Shown: positions 8,293 to 18,227 of the stretch, piece after piece
How the letters are laid out: the number at the start of each line of letters is the position of its first letter
How positions within the stretch are numbered: the stretch's first letter is position 1
Assembly (NCBI GenBank): GCA_001603335.1
Contig: LUYR01000627.1
Location: forward strand, 1 to 39,245
DNA length: 39,245 nucleotides
Direction of reading: 5' to 3'
DNA from: Rhodospirillales bacterium Alpha_05
GTDB taxonomy: Bacteria > Pseudomonadota > Alphaproteobacteria > Rhodospirillales > Rhodospirillaceae
Made by a program: the position numbers and the translations under genes
Notes under the pieces: model-generated
What the model was told of the DNA's origin: nothing
Seen by the model: the letters and a program-made list of their open reading frames with translations, nothing else
The model's database searches: none

Positions 8293-8721
8293 TTACGCCT
8301 CGGCGGCGACTTCGTCCTCGGCCACGATCATGGTCGGGCCGGAGTCCTTGCCCTTCGCCTCGGGGTCACGATCGACCAGCTCGATGATCGCCATCGGCGC
8401 GCAATCGCCGTAGCGGAAGCCCGCCTTCAGCACCCGCGAGTAGCCGCCCTGGCGGGTGGCGTAGCGATCCTTGAGCACAGAGAACAACTTGGAGACGATG
8501 TCGTTGTCGCGCAACTGCGCATACGCCTGACGGCGGGCATGCAGGTCGCCGCGCTTGCCGAGGGTGATCAGCTTCTCGACGATCGGACGCAGTTCCTTCG
8601 CCTTCGGCAGCGTGGTCTTGATCTGTTCGTGCTTGATCAGGGCCGACGCCATATTGGCGAACATGGCGCTGCGGTGAGCACTGGTGCGGTTGAGTTTACG
8701 ACCACCCATACGATGACGCAT
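8293..8721 (-). CDS. rplQ: 50S ribosomal protein bL17
   Basis: [17 protein letters not shown]...[12 protein letters not shown]...[15 protein letters not shown]. Confidence 0.98.
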   Translation of the reverse strand: MRHRMGGRKLNRTSAHRSAMFANMASALIKHEQIKTTLPKAKELRPIVEKLITLGKRGDLHARRQAYAQLRDNDIVSKLFSVLKDRYATRQGGYSRVLKAGFRYGDCAPMAIIELVDRDPEAKGKDSGPTMIVAEDEVAAEA

Positions 8722-8862
8722 TCGATCCTCCTAAAGCTGTCGGCTCGCGCACGAGTCCGATGACGTTCGCAACCCCGCCGCAAAGGCTCAAAGAGCCTTC
8801 AGGGCCGGAGCGCCGGGCCCACCATGGGCCCATCTTCAACCAACCAAGCGGTGGAAGCGCCC

Positions 8863-9879
8863 TTAGTAGGGCTCTTCCAGCTTCTTGGCCAACTCTTCGA
8901 TGTTTTCCGGCGGCCAGTTCGGAATGTCCATGCCGAGGTGCAGGCCCATGGACGCGAGCACTTCCTTGATCTCGTTCAAGGACTTGCGGCCGAAGTTCGG
9001 GGTCCGCAGCATCTCGGTTTCGGTCTTCTGAACCAAGTCGCCGATGTAGATGATGTTGTCGTTCTTCAGGCAGTTCGCCGAACGGACCGAAAGCTCCAGC
9101 TCGTCGACCTTGCGCAGAAGGTTCTTGTTGAACGGCAGTTCGTCGGCCTTTTCGGCTTCCGGAGCGGTCTGCGGCTCCTCGAAGTTGACGAACAGCTGCA
9201 TCTGGTCCTGGACGATGCGGGCGGCGAGCGCGACCGCGTCTTCCGGGGTGACGGTGCCGTCGGTGATGATGTTCATCACCAGCTTGTCGTAGTCGGTGAC
9301 CTGGCCGACGCGGGTGTTGTCCACCTCGTAGGCCACCTTCAGCACCGGCGAGAAGATCGCATCCACCGGAATCAGGCCGATCGGGCAATCTTCCGGACGG
9401 TTCATCGCCGCCGGGACGTAGCCCTTGCCGGTGTTCACGGTGAATTCGCAGTTGAACACCGCGCCTTCATCGAGGGTGCAGAGAACGATGTCGGGGTTGA
9501 GGATCTCGATGTCCGCACCCGCTTCGATCATCCCGGCGGTCACGACGCCCGGACCGACCTTGCGCAAGCTCATGCGCTTCGGGCCTTCGGCGTGCATACG
9601 CAGCGCGATGTTCTTGACGTTCAGGATGATGTCGGTGACATCCTCACGAACGCCCGGAACCGAAGAGAATTCGTGCAGAACGTTCTCGATCTGGATCGCG
9701 GTGACCGCGGCGCCCTGCAGGGAAGACAGCAGCACGCGCCGCAGGGCATTGCCCACGGTCATGCCGAATCCGCGCTCCAAAGGCTCGGCGATGATCTTCG
9801 CCACCCGGGTCGGGTCATCGCCCGGCTCGATGGTGAGCTTGTTCGGTTTGATCAGTTCCTGCCAATTCTTCTGAATCAC
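8863..9879 (-). CDS. rpoA: RNA polymerase alpha subunit
   Basis: [19 protein letters not shown], alpha[13 protein letters not shown]...[14 protein letters not shown] start at 9879 ([11 protein letters not shown]) with GAGG 7 nt upstream. Confidence 0.98.
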   Translation of the reverse strand: MIQKNWQELIKPNKLTIEPGDDPTRVAKIIAEPLERGFGMTVGNALRRVLLSSLQGAAVTAIQIENVLHEFSSVPGVREDVTDIILNVKNIALRMHAEGPKRMSLRKVGPGVVTAGMIEAGADIEILNPDIVLCTLDEGAVFNCEFTVNTGKGYVPAAMNRPEDCPIGLIPVDAIFSPVLKVAYEVDNTRVGQVTDYDKLVMNIITDGTVTPEDAVALAARIVQDQMQLFVNFEEPQTAPEAEKADELPFNKNLLRKVDELELSVRSANCLKNDNIIYIGDLVQKTETEMLRTPNFGRKSLNEIKEVLASMGLHLGMDIPNWPPENIEELAKKLEEPY

Positions 9880-9990
9880 GGGGTGCCTCATCAGACGTAA
9901 AGAGGGGATCGCTCCCCACAGCCGAACAGATGAAGCGACGGACTCCCAGATTACCTGGGAGGCCGTCGCCTCATCCGTGTGGAGCCGAAA

Positions 9991-10383
9991 TTACACGCGG
10001 CGACGCTTGCGCGGCCGGCATCCATTGTGCGGGATCGGAGTCACGTCGCGGATCGCAGTGATGGTGAAACCCACCGCCTGCAAAGCGCGCAGCGCCGACT
10101 CACGCCCCGAACCCGGGCCTTTGACTTCGACGTCAAGGGTCTTCATGCCGTGGTCCATGGCCTTCTTGCCGGCATCTTCGGCGGCCATCTGCGCCGCGTA
10201 CGGCGTGGACTTGCGAGAACCCTTGAAGCCCATGGTGCCCGACGAAGACCAGGAGATCGCATTCCCCTGAGCGTCGGTGATGGTGACCATGGTGTTGTTG
10301 AACGACGCGTTCACATGCGCGACGCCGGAGACGATATTCTTGCGCTCGCGACGACGCGGACGCGCGGCAGCTGCCTTAGCCAT
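9991..10383 (-). CDS. rpsK: 30S ribosomal protein uS11
   Basis: [34 protein letters not shown]. Confidence 0.98.
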   Translation of the reverse strand: MAKAAAARPRRRERKNIVSGVAHVNASFNNTMVTITDAQGNAISWSSSGTMGFKGSRKSTPYAAQMAAEDAGKKAMDHGMKTLDVEVKGPGSGRESALRALQAVGFTITAIRDVTPIPHNGCRPRKRRRV

Positions 10384-10397
10384 GTGCCATCAGTCCT

Positions 10398-10766
10398 TTA
10401 TTTCTTCTTGCCGGCGATCGGTTTCGCCGGACCTTTACGGGTGCGCGCATTGGTATGCGTGCGCTGACCGCGAACCGGGAGACCGCGGCGATGACGCAGC
10501 CCGCGATAGCACTTCAAGTCCATGAGCCGCTTGATGTTCATCGTGGTCTCGCGACGCAGGTCGCCTTCCACGGTGTAATCGCTGTCGATGACCTCGCGGA
10601 TACGCAGCACTTCCTCGTCGGAAAGCTGGTTCACCCGCCGTTCGTCGGTAACGCCGACCTTGCCGCAGATTTCCTTGGCCATCTTCGGACCAATACCGAA
10701 GATGTAGGTCAAGGCAATCACCACGCGCTTGTTGGTCGGGATATTAACGCCTGCAATACGCGCCAA
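10398..10766 (-). CDS. rpsM: 30S ribosomal protein uS13 (TTG start)
   Basis: ARIAGVNIP...[26 protein letters not shown]; GGAG upstream of the TTG. Confidence 0.98.
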   Translation of the reverse strand: MARIAGVNIPTNKRVVIALTYIFGIGPKMAKEICGKVGVTDERRVNQLSDEEVLRIREVIDSDYTVEGDLRRETTMNIKRLMDLKCYRGLRHRRGLPVRGQRTHTNARTRKGPAKPIAGKKK

Positions 10767-10830
10767 TGCCGCTTCTCCCTAGCACTAACTTTCGGTGCAC
10801 ACCGTTTTGCGGAAAATCCGAAGTCGCGGG

Positions 10831-10858
10831 ATTATACGCACTTGCGTTCCCGAGTCAA
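10831..10858 (-). promoter_or_regulatory. sigma70 promoter of the alpha operon (rpsM)
   Basis: Minus strand TTGACT, 16 nt spacer, TATAAT, then GC-rich CCCGCG discriminator, in the adk-rpsM spacer. Confidence 0.8.
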
Positions 10859-10901
10859 CGGCTTCCCTGGACGGGTGCCCACATTAATAACCAAACGGGC
10901 G

Positions 10902-11564
10902 TTAGCCCGCCACTGCTTCCACGAGCTGCCGCGTCACGTCTTCGATCGCAGCGGCCCCATCGATGGTCTTCAACAACCCGCGCTCTGCATAGTAGGGCAG
11001 CAGCGGAGCGGTCTGTTGGTGGTACGCCTGCAAGCGCGTCGCCACGGTATCCGCGGTGTCGTCCTTGCGGCGGATGAACTCCGTCGAGCCGCAGACGTCG
11101 CAGACGCCCTCGACTTTCGGCTTCTGGAACGTATCGTGGTACCCGGCGCCGCACTTGGCGCACGCATACCGGCCGGTGATCCGCTCGACGATCATCTCGT
11201 CGGGAACCCGGACCTCGATCACAGCGTCGAGACCCATCTCCATGTCGTCGAGCATCGCATCGAGGGCTTCCGCCTGCGGAATCGTCCGCGGGAAACCGTC
11301 GAGGATGAACCCGTTGGCGCAATCCGGCTCGGCGATTCGGCCGCGGATCACACCGACGATCACGTCATCGGGCACCAACGCACCCGCTTCCATGAGCGCC
11401 TTTGCCTTCAATCCGACATCGGTGCCCGCCTTGACCGCGGCGCGCAACATGTCGCCGGTCGAGAGCTGCACGATGCCGAACATGTCCTGCAACACCCGGG
11501 CCTGAGTTCCCTTGCCGCCACCGGGCGGGCCCATCAGGATGATCCGTTTGCCTTCCAACTTCAT
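10902..11564 (-). CDS. adk: Adenylate kinase, long LID with 4-Cys metal site
   Basis: P-loop GPPGGGKGTQA, LSTGDMLR, GFILDGFPRT; LID CAKC-x16-CDVC. Confidence 0.97.
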   Translation of the reverse strand: MKLEGKRIILMGPPGGGKGTQARVLQDMFGIVQLSTGDMLRAAVKAGTDVGLKAKALMEAGALVPDDVIVGVIRGRIAEPDCANGFILDGFPRTIPQAEALDAMLDDMEMGLDAVIEVRVPDEMIVERITGRYACAKCGAGYHDTFQKPKVEGVCDVCGSTEFIRRKDDTADTVATRLQAYHQQTAPLLPYYAERGLLKTIDGAAAIEDVTRQLVEAVAG

Positions 11565-11625
11565 TTTGCCCCCGCCGACCCGTTGATCGGGCCGTCCTTC
11601 GTTTCAAACCAAGCGATTCGTTCGT

Positions 11626-12987
11626 TCACTGACCCCGGCGACGGCCGCCGCGGCTCAAACGCGAGCGCTTGATCAGGCCTTCGTACTGGTGCGCCAGAAG
11701 ATGCGACTGCACCTGCGTCACCGTGTCCATGGTCACCGACACCACGATCAGCAGGCTGGTGCCGCCGAAGTAGAACGGCAAGCCCCACTTCGAGATCAGA
11801 AGCTCGGGCAGCAGCGTGATCAGGACCAGGTAGACGGCGCCAACGAAGGTCAGGCGGGTCAACAGATAGCGGAGATAGTCGGCGGTGTTCTTGCCGGGGC
11901 GGATGCCGGGAATGAACCCGCCGCCCTTCTTGAGGTTGTCCGCGGTCTCGTCCGGGTTGAACACCACGGTGGTATAGAAGAACGCGAAGAACACGATCAG
12001 CGCCGAGAACGCCAGCATGTAGACCGGGTTGCCGCGCGAGAACATCGCGAGGATCGGCTGCAGCCACTCCGGCGTGTTGGCACCCATCATCTGGGCGTAG
12101 GTCACCGGCAGACCCATCAGCGCGGACGCGAAGATCGGCGGGATGACGCCCGAGGTGTTGAGCTTCAAGGGCATGTGCTGGGTGTCGCCACCGGTCATCC
12201 GGGTCGCCGAGACCTGGCGCTTCGGATACTGGATCAAAACCCTGCGCTGCGCTCGCTCGACGAAGACGATGCCAGCGATCACCACCAGCGCCATCACCAG
12301 GAAACCGATGATGACGAAGGCCGGGAGCGCACCGGTCTTGCCGAGTTCGAGGGTGTGGGCCAAGGCCGCCGGGATACCCGCGACGATGCCCGCGAAAATG
12401 ATCAACGAGATGCCGTTGCCGATGCCGCGCTGGGTGATCTGCTCGCCCAGCCACATCAGGAACATCGTGCCGCCAACCAGGGTCACCACGGTGACGCCAC
12501 GGAAGAACAGGCCCGGTTCCATCACCGGCGAAGCGCCGCCCGCGGTCGCCATGTTCTCGAGGCCGGTCGCGATGCCGTAGCCCTGGGCCGCCGCCAGCAC
12601 CACGGTCAGATACCGGGTGTACTGGTTCATCTTCTTGCGGCCCGCCTCGCCTTCCTTCTTCAACTGCGCGACGGTGTCGGAAGCGACGCCCATCAGCTGC
12701 ATGATGATCGAGGCGGAGATGTACGGCATGATGCCGAGGGCGAGGATCGACATGCGGTGCAGGGCGCCGCCCGCGAACATGTCGAAGTTACCGAGGATGC
12801 CGTTGCCGTGCTGCTGGAACACCTGCGCCAGAACCGCCGCGTCGATACCCGGAACCGGCACCCACGTGCCGAGGCGATAGATCACCAGCACGAAGAGGGT
12901 GAACCAGATACGACTCTTCAATTCCGTCGCCTTGGACAGAATGTTCCAATTCATGTTCGCGGCGAGTTGTTCGGCAGCGGACGCCAT
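11626..12987 (-). CDS. secY: Preprotein translocase SecY
   Basis: LGIMPYISASII, WLGEQIT.RGIGNGISLIIF, GVIPPIFAS, FIPGIRPG, GGTSLLIVV. Confidence 0.98.
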   Translation of the reverse strand: MASAAEQLAANMNWNILSKATELKSRIWFTLFVLVIYRLGTWVPVPGIDAAVLAQVFQQHGNGILGNFDMFAGGALHRMSILALGIMPYISASIIMQLMGVASDTVAQLKKEGEAGRKKMNQYTRYLTVVLAAAQGYGIATGLENMATAGGASPVMEPGLFFRGVTVVTLVGGTMFLMWLGEQITQRGIGNGISLIIFAGIVAGIPAALAHTLELGKTGALPAFVIIGFLVMALVVIAGIVFVERAQRRVLIQYPKRQVSATRMTGGDTQHMPLKLNTSGVIPPIFASALMGLPVTYAQMMGANTPEWLQPILAMFSRGNPVYMLAFSALIVFFAFFYTTVVFNPDETADNLKKGGGFIPGIRPGKNTADYLRYLLTRLTFVGAVYLVLITLLPELLISKWGLPFYFGGTSLLIVVSVTMDTVTQVQSHLLAHQYEGLIKRSRLSRGGRRRGQ

Positions 12988-13120
12988 GAGCGGAGACCCC
13001 GGTTACAAATGCAATTGGTGCGGCTATCAAAAGCCGCGAACGCGGTCTTTATGAGACCCGACGGCGGAAACGACCGGCTCCGGCGGTTGTCCGCCGGAGC
13101 CCGTCAGTTCGGATGGGCGA

Positions 13121-13609
13121 TCAGCCCTCGGCCGGAGCCTCTTCCTTCGCCGGAGCGAGGACGGTGACGGAGCCACCAGCCTTCTCGACGGAGGCGATCG
13201 CACCCGGCGTGGCGCCGGCGACTTCGATCGTGACCTTGGCCGACAGTTCGCCGGTGCCGATCAGACGCAGACCGTCGAGGATCTTGTGGACCACGCCGGC
13301 GGCCTTCAAGGCCGCGCCGGTGATCGGCTGCGAGAGATCGAGACGACCGCCGTTGATCGCCTGCTGCAGACGCTCCACGGTGAGCACGACGTAGTTCGCC
13401 GCGTTCACGTTCTTGAAGCCGCGCTTCGGCAGACGACGGTAGATCGGCATCTGGCCACCTTCAAAACCGTTGATCGCGACGCCGGAACGGGACGTCTGCC
13501 CCTTGACGCCACGGCCGCAGGTCTTGCCCTTGGTGCAGCCGATACCACGGCCAACGCGGGTGCGCGACTTGCGCGCGCCTTCGTTGTCGGTGATTTGGTT
13601 AAGTTTCAT
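13121..13609 (-). CDS. rplO: 50S ribosomal protein uL15
   Basis: RVGRGIG...[30 protein letters not shown]. Confidence 0.97.
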   Translation of the reverse strand: MKLNQITDNEGARKSRTRVGRGIGCTKGKTCGRGVKGQTSRSGVAINGFEGGQMPIYRRLPKRGFKNVNAANYVVLTVERLQQAINGGRLDLSQPITGAALKAAGVVHKILDGLRLIGTGELSAKVTIEVAGATPGAIASVEKAGGSVTVLAPAKEEAPAEG

Positions 13610-13635
13610 AGCCGTAGACCTTCCAATCGATGCCC

Positions 13636-13821
13636 TTAGGCCTCTTCCACCTTAACCAGGTGGTGGACCTTGTTGATCATGCCGCGCACCGACGGAGTGT
13701 CTTCCAGCTCACGGGTGCGATGCATCTTGTTGAGCCCCAGGCCCACCAGCGTGGCGCGCTGATCGGACTTGCGTCCGATCGGGCTACCGATCTGCGTGAC
13801 CTTGATCGTCTTATCGGTCAT
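13636..13821 (-). CDS. rpmD: 50S ribosomal protein uL30
   Basis: [12 protein letters not shown]...LGLNK...[16 protein letters not shown]; position in spc order. Confidence 0.97.
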   Translation of the reverse strand: MTDKTIKVTQIGSPIGRKSDQRATLVGLGLNKMHRTRELEDTPSVRGMINKVHHLVKVEEA

Positions 13822-13827
13822 CGGTTC

Positions 13828-14400
13828 TTACTCCTTCACCGCGGCGATGCCATCACGGCGGCCGACGATGTCACCAACCTTCTTGCCACGCTTGTTCGCG
13901 ACCATACGGGGCGAGTTCAAGAGAGACAGAGCGTCGAAGGTCGCCTTGATCATGTTGTGCGCATTGGCGGTACCGGTGGACTTCGCCACCACGTCCTGCA
14001 CACCCATGGTTTCGAAGATCGCGCGCATCGGACCGCCGGCGATGATCCCGGTACCGGGTTCGGCCGAACGGAGGATGACGCGACCAGCGCCGAAGTGACC
14101 ATGAATGTCATGGTGCAGCGTACGACCTTCGCGCAGCGGCACGCGGATCATACCGCGCTTCGCCTGCTCGGTGGCCTTACGGATGGCTTCCGGCACTTCA
14201 CGAGCCTTGCCGGTACCATAACCGACACGGCCCTTCTGGTCGCCGACCACCACCAACGCCGCGAACGAGAAACGACGTCCGCCCTTGACCACCTTGGCCA
14301 CGCGATTGATGTGGACGAGCTTGTCGACGAACTCATCGTCGCGCTCACGATCGGGTCCACCCTTCTGCGGACGACGTTCGGAATTCGGATTACGAGCCAT
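13828..14400 (-). CDS. rpsE: 30S ribosomal protein uS5
   Basis: [32 protein letters not shown]. Confidence 0.98.
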   Translation of the reverse strand: MARNPNSERRPQKGGPDRERDDEFVDKLVHINRVAKVVKGGRRFSFAALVVVGDQKGRVGYGTGKAREVPEAIRKATEQAKRGMIRVPLREGRTLHHDIHGHFGAGRVILRSAEPGTGIIAGGPMRAIFETMGVQDVVAKSTGTANAHNMIKATFDALSLLNSPRMVANKRGKKVGDIVGRRDGIAAVKE

Positions 14401-14414
14401 ACTTCTTCATCCCC

Positions 14415-14777
14415 TCAGAACTGCAGTCCGCCTTCGCGGGCGGCGTCGGCCAGGGCTTTCACCCGGCCATGGAACACATAGCCGCCGCGGTCGAAGACCA
14501 CGTCGACCACGCCCGCCGCCTTGGCCCGCTCCGCAAGGAGCTTGCCCACCGCTTCGGCCGCAGCCTTGTCGGAGGTCTTGGCCAGCGCTTCGCGCAGGGA
14601 TGCATCGAGCGTCGAAGCCGATGCCAGGGTCACGCCGTTCACGTCGTCGATCACCTGGGCGTACATGTGCACGTTGGTGCGATGCACGGACAGGCGCGGC
14701 CGACCGGCGGTCTTCTTGCGCAGGGTCCAGCGAGTCCGGGCCTTGCGGCGATCAAATAGCTGTTTTGCCGTCTTCAT
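14415..14777 (-). CDS. rplR: 50S ribosomal protein uL18
   Basis: [43 protein letters not shown]. Confidence 0.98.
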   Translation of the reverse strand: MKTAKQLFDRRKARTRWTLRKKTAGRPRLSVHRTNVHMYAQVIDDVNGVTLASASTLDASLREALAKTSDKAAAEAVGKLLAERAKAAGVVDVVFDRGGYVFHGRVKALADAAREGGLQF

Positions 14778-14787
14778 GATAAAGCCC

Positions 14788-15321
14788 TTACTTCTTCTTG
14801 CCTTCCTTGCGCAGGATCTTCTCGTCCGAGTACTTCACGCCCTTGCCCTTGTAGGGCTCCGGCGAGCGGTAAGCACGGATTTCAGAGGCGACCTGCCCGA
14901 CACGCTGCTTGTCGTTGCCCGAGATCTCGATCTGGGTCGGCTGCGGACATTTGATGTCGATGCCTTCCGGGATCGGGAAATCGACGTCGTGGGAGAAGCC
15001 GAGCGCCAGCTTCAGGACCTTGCCCTGAACCGACGCGCGGTAACCCACGCCAACGATATCCAGCTTCTTGGTGAAGCCTTCGCCAACGCCCTTGACCATG
15101 TTGTTGATCCGAGCGCGGGCGGTGCCCCACATCGCCCGAGCGAACTTTTCGTCGCTCTGGGGCGTAACCACAACCTTACCGTCTTCGAGCTTCACTTCGA
15201 CGTCGGAAACGACGTGGAAGGACAGCTCGCCGAACTTGCCTTTCGCGTGCACGGTCTGCCCATCGACAGAGACCGTCACGCCGGCCGGCACGATGACCGG
15301 ATATTTGCCAACTCGCGACAT
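14788..15321 (-). CDS. rplF: 50S ribosomal protein uL6
   Basis: MSRVGKYPV...GVGYRA...[11 protein letters not shown]...RKEGKKK; ATG at 15321. Confidence 0.98.
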   Translation of the reverse strand: MSRVGKYPVIVPAGVTVSVDGQTVHAKGKFGELSFHVVSDVEVKLEDGKVVVTPQSDEKFARAMWGTARARINNMVKGVGEGFTKKLDIVGVGYRASVQGKVLKLALGFSHDVDFPIPEGIDIKCPQPTQIEISGNDKQRVGQVASEIRAYRSPEPYKGKGVKYSDEKILRKEGKKK

Positions 15322-15334
15322 GACCGTCCCTTCC

Positions 15335-15733
15335 TTAGAACACCTTGCACAGAACTTCGCCGCCGACATTCGCCTGGCGCGCTTCGAAGTCCGACATCAC
15401 GCCGCTCGGCGTGGAGAGGATCGAGATCCCCAAGCCGTTGTAGACGCGCGGCAGGCTCTTGGCGCCGGAGTAAACCCGACGGCCCGGGGTCGAAACGCGA
15501 GCGATCTGCGAAATCACCGGCTCGCCTTCGTGGTACTTGAGCTCGATCCGCAGCTCGCTGATGCCCTTGCGGACCTCGAGCTCTTCATAGCCGCGGATGT
15601 AGCCTTCGCGCACCAGAACGTCGAGGACGCTCTTGCGGAAACGCGAGGCCGGAGCCGCAACCGACGACTTGCGCGCGCGCTGGCCGTTACGGATACGGGT
15701 GAGCATATCGCCCAAAGGATCTGACATCGACAT
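15335..15733 (-). CDS. rpsH: 30S ribosomal protein uS8
   Basis: [40 protein letters not shown]. Confidence 0.98.
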   Translation of the reverse strand: MSMSDPLGDMLTRIRNGQRARKSSVAAPASRFRKSVLDVLVREGYIRGYEELEVRKGISELRIELKYHEGEPVISQIARVSTPGRRVYSGAKSLPRVYNGLGISILSTPSGVMSDFEARQANVGGEVLCKVF

Positions 15734-15746
15734 GGATGCGCCCCCC

Positions 15747-16052
15747 TTACCAGCTGGACTTCGTCATACCCGGGATCTGGCCGAAGGAGGCGAGATCACG
15801 GAGCATAACGCGGCCCAGTTTGAACTTGCGGTAGGTACCGCGCGGACGACCGGTCAGATCGCAGCGGTTGCGCTGACGAACCGGCGAGGAATTCCGCGCC
15901 ACTTCGGCCAGCTTCAGGGTCGCTTCGAAACGATCCTCGGGCGAGGTCTCGCGATTCATCACGATGGCCTTCAGACGCGCCCGGCGCCCGGCAGCCGAGG
16001 CCGCCATACGAATGCGCTTCTTGTTGCGCTCGACAGCACTGGTTTTCGCCAT
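15747..16052 (-). CDS. rpsN: 30S ribosomal protein uS14 (long form without Zn ribbon)
   Basis: [10 protein letters not shown]...[12 protein letters not shown]...[11 protein letters not shown]; 101 aa, one Cys. Confidence 0.97.
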   Translation of the reverse strand: MAKTSAVERNKKRIRMAASAAGRRARLKAIVMNRETSPEDRFEATLKLAEVARNSSPVRQRNRCDLTGRPRGTYRKFKLGRVMLRDLASFGQIPGMTKSSW

Positions 16053-16068
16053 GGTTGCTCTCCCGCCC

Positions 16069-16611
16069 TTATTTGGCGAACGGCACGTTGAAGCCGGTGA
16101 GGAGCGCCTTGGCTTCCTCGTCGGTTCGCGCCGTCGTACAAATGATGATGTCCATGCCACGCACGGTATCGACCTGGTCGTATTCGATTTCCGGGAACAC
16201 GATCTGTTCCTTCAAACCGAACGCGAAATTGCCGCGACCGTCGAAGCACTTGCCACGGATGCCGCGGAAATCGCGGACGCGCGGCAGGGCGATGTTCACC
16301 AGGCGATCCAGGAACTCGTACATGCGGTCCTTGCGCAGCGTGACCTTACAGCCGATGGCCATACCTTCACGCAGCTTGAACGTCGCAACCGAAACCCGGG
16401 CCTTGGTCACGACCGGCTTCTGGCCAGCGATCATGGTCATTTCCTTGACCGCGCCCTGGACCTTCTTCTGGTCGTTGACGGCGTCACCGACGCCCATGTT
16501 GAGGACGATCTTGTCCAGCTTCGGCAACATCATCGGGTTGTCGTAGTTGAACTTGTCCTGCAATTCCTTGCGAATCACGTTGTCGTAATATTCGCGCAAA
16601 CGAGCAGCCAT
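16069..16611 (-). CDS. rplE: 50S ribosomal protein uL5
   Basis: [37 protein letters not shown]. Confidence 0.98.
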   Translation of the reverse strand: MAARLREYYDNVIRKELQDKFNYDNPMMLPKLDKIVLNMGVGDAVNDQKKVQGAVKEMTMIAGQKPVVTKARVSVATFKLREGMAIGCKVTLRKDRMYEFLDRLVNIALPRVRDFRGIRGKCFDGRGNFAFGLKEQIVFPEIEYDQVDTVRGMDIIICTTARTDEEAKALLTGFNVPFAK

Positions 16612-16622
16612 AACCCGCCCCC

Positions 16623-16943
16623 TTACTTGTCGAGGACTTCGCCGGAAAGCTTCGCAACGCGAACCTTTCGGCCGTCTTCGAGAGTCTTGAAACCGACGCG
16701 GGTCGGCTTGCCGTCCTTCGGATCGACATGCGCGACGTTGGAAACGTGAATCGTCGCTTCCTTTTCCACGATGCCACCGGCAGACATTTGAGTCGGGCGC
16801 GTATGACGCTTGACGAGATTGACGCCCTGCACAACGACGCGGTCCGCGGTCGGCAGCGAGCGAATCACTTCACCCTTCTTGCCCTTGTCGCGACCGGTCA
16901 GGACGACGACGTAGTCGCCCTTTTTGATCTTCGCAGACGACAT
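16623..16943 (-). CDS. rplX: 50S ribosomal protein uL24
   Basis: KOW motif [30 protein letters not shown]; ATG overlaps the rplN TGA (TGATG). Confidence 0.97.
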   Translation of the reverse strand: MSSAKIKKGDYVVVLTGRDKGKKGEVIRSLPTADRVVVQGVNLVKRHTRPTQMSAGGIVEKEATIHVSNVAHVDPKDGKPTRVGFKTLEDGRKVRVAKLSGEVLDK

Positions 16944-17311
16944 CACAACACCTCCGGCGACAGAGAAATGATCTTCATGTAACCCTTGGCGCGGAGTTCG
17001 CGAACCACGGGGCCGAAGATACGCGTGCCGATCGGCTCGTTCTGCTTGTTGATCAGAACCGCCGCGTTGCGGTCGAATCGAATCACGCTACCGTCGGCGC
17101 GGCGAACTTCCTTCGCCGTACGCACGATGACAGCGCGGTGCACATCGCCCTTCTTGACGCGACCGCGCGGGATCGCATCCTTCACCGACACCACGATGAT
17201 GTCGCCGACGGAGGCGAACCGACGCTTGGCGCCGCCAAGCACCTTGATGCACTGCACCCGTCGCGCTCCCGAGTTGTCGGCAACGTCCAGGTTGGTTTGC
17301 ATCTGAATCAT
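16943..17311 (-). CDS. rplN: 50S ribosomal protein uL14
   Basis: [16 protein letters not shown]...[13 protein letters not shown]. Confidence 0.98.
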   Translation of the reverse strand: MIQMQTNLDVADNSGARRVQCIKVLGGAKRRFASVGDIIVVSVKDAIPRGRVKKGDVHRAVIVRTAKEVRRADGSVIRFDRNAAVLINKQNEPIGTRIFGPVVRELRAKGYMKIISLSPEVL

Positions 17312-17347
17312 GGACCGTTTCCTTTATCTTGAAACAGATATTCGAAC

Positions 17348-17587
17348 TTATTCCGCATCCGCGGCCATGACTTCCCAGGTCTTGGTCCGGGAAATCGGGG
17401 CACACTCGCGAATACGAACCACATCGCCCACTTTGAAAGCATTGCTTTCGTCGTGAGCAGCGTACTTCTTGCTACGCCGAATGAACTTCTTATAGACGGG
17501 GTGCATGAAGCGCCGTTCGACCTTGACCGTGATGGTCTTGTCGTTGCAGTCGCTGACCACCACGCCTTGCAGGATACGCTTAGGCAT
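17348..17587 (-). CDS. rpsQ: 30S ribosomal protein uS17
   Basis: [19 protein letters not shown]...HPVYKK...AHDE...GDVVRI. Confidence 0.98.
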   Translation of the reverse strand: MPKRILQGVVVSDCNDKTITVKVERRFMHPVYKKFIRRSKKYAAHDESNAFKVGDVVRIRECAPISRTKTWEVMAADAE

Positions 17588-17786
17588 TCTTGGCCTCTCC
17601 GGCTTTGGCGCCCATCACCGTCTTGATGCGCGCGATTTCGCGACGCACCTGACGAACGCGGGCGGTGTTCTCCAGCTGCCCGGAGGCGCGCTGGAACCGC
17701 ATATTGAACTGTTCCTTCTTCAGAGCAACGAGCTGCTCCAGAAGCTGGTCGTTCGACTTCGCGCGCAGTTCTTCCGCCTTAGCCAT
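17580..17786 (-). CDS. rpmC: 50S ribosomal protein uL29
   Basis: [19 protein letters not shown]...[10 protein letters not shown]. Confidence 0.97.
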   Translation of the reverse strand: MAKAEELRAKSNDQLLEQLVALKKEQFNMRFQRASGQLENTARVRQVRREIARIKTVMGAKAGEAKNA

Positions 17787-17789
17787 GGC

Positions 17790-18212
17790 TTAGACCTCCT
17801 CGGCAAACAGACGCGCGACGAAGCGGGTCTTGATCGGGAGCTTGGCCGCAGCCAATTCGAACGCCCGACGCGCCACGTCTTCGGCAACGCCGTCGACTTC
17901 AAACATGATCCGGCCCGGCTTCACCCGGCAGGCCCAGAACTCCACCGAACCCTTACCCTTACCCTGACGAACTTCGGCAGGCTTCGCGGTAACCGGAACA
18001 TCGGGGAAGACCCGGATCCAAACCCGGCCCTGACGCTTCATCTGGCGGGTGATCGCGCGGCGAGCCGCCTCGATCTGCCGCGCAGTGATGCGCTCAGGCT
18101 CCAGGGCCTTGAGGCCGAAGGCCCCAAAATTCAAATCAGAACCGCCCTTGGCGAGGCCGTGGATACGACCCTTGTGCTGCTTGCGGAACTTCGTGCGCTT
18201 AGGACTCAGCAT
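17790..18212 (-). CDS. rplP: 50S ribosomal protein uL16
   Basis: [40 protein letters not shown]. Confidence 0.98.
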   Translation of the reverse strand: MLSPKRTKFRKQHKGRIHGLAKGGSDLNFGAFGLKALEPERITARQIEAARRAITRQMKRQGRVWIRVFPDVPVTAKPAEVRQGKGKGSVEFWACRVKPGRIMFEVDGVAEDVARRAFELAAAKLPIKTRFVARLFAEEV

Positions 18213-18227
18213 CGTCTCTTACCCTTC

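Noticed and set aside
9880-11625. Absence of rpsD, infA, map and rpmJ from the secY-alpha region, and of rpmG before secE
   Set aside because: secY-adk-rpsM-rpsK-rpoA-rplQ is the usual alphaproteobacterial layout, so this is not evidence of gene loss.
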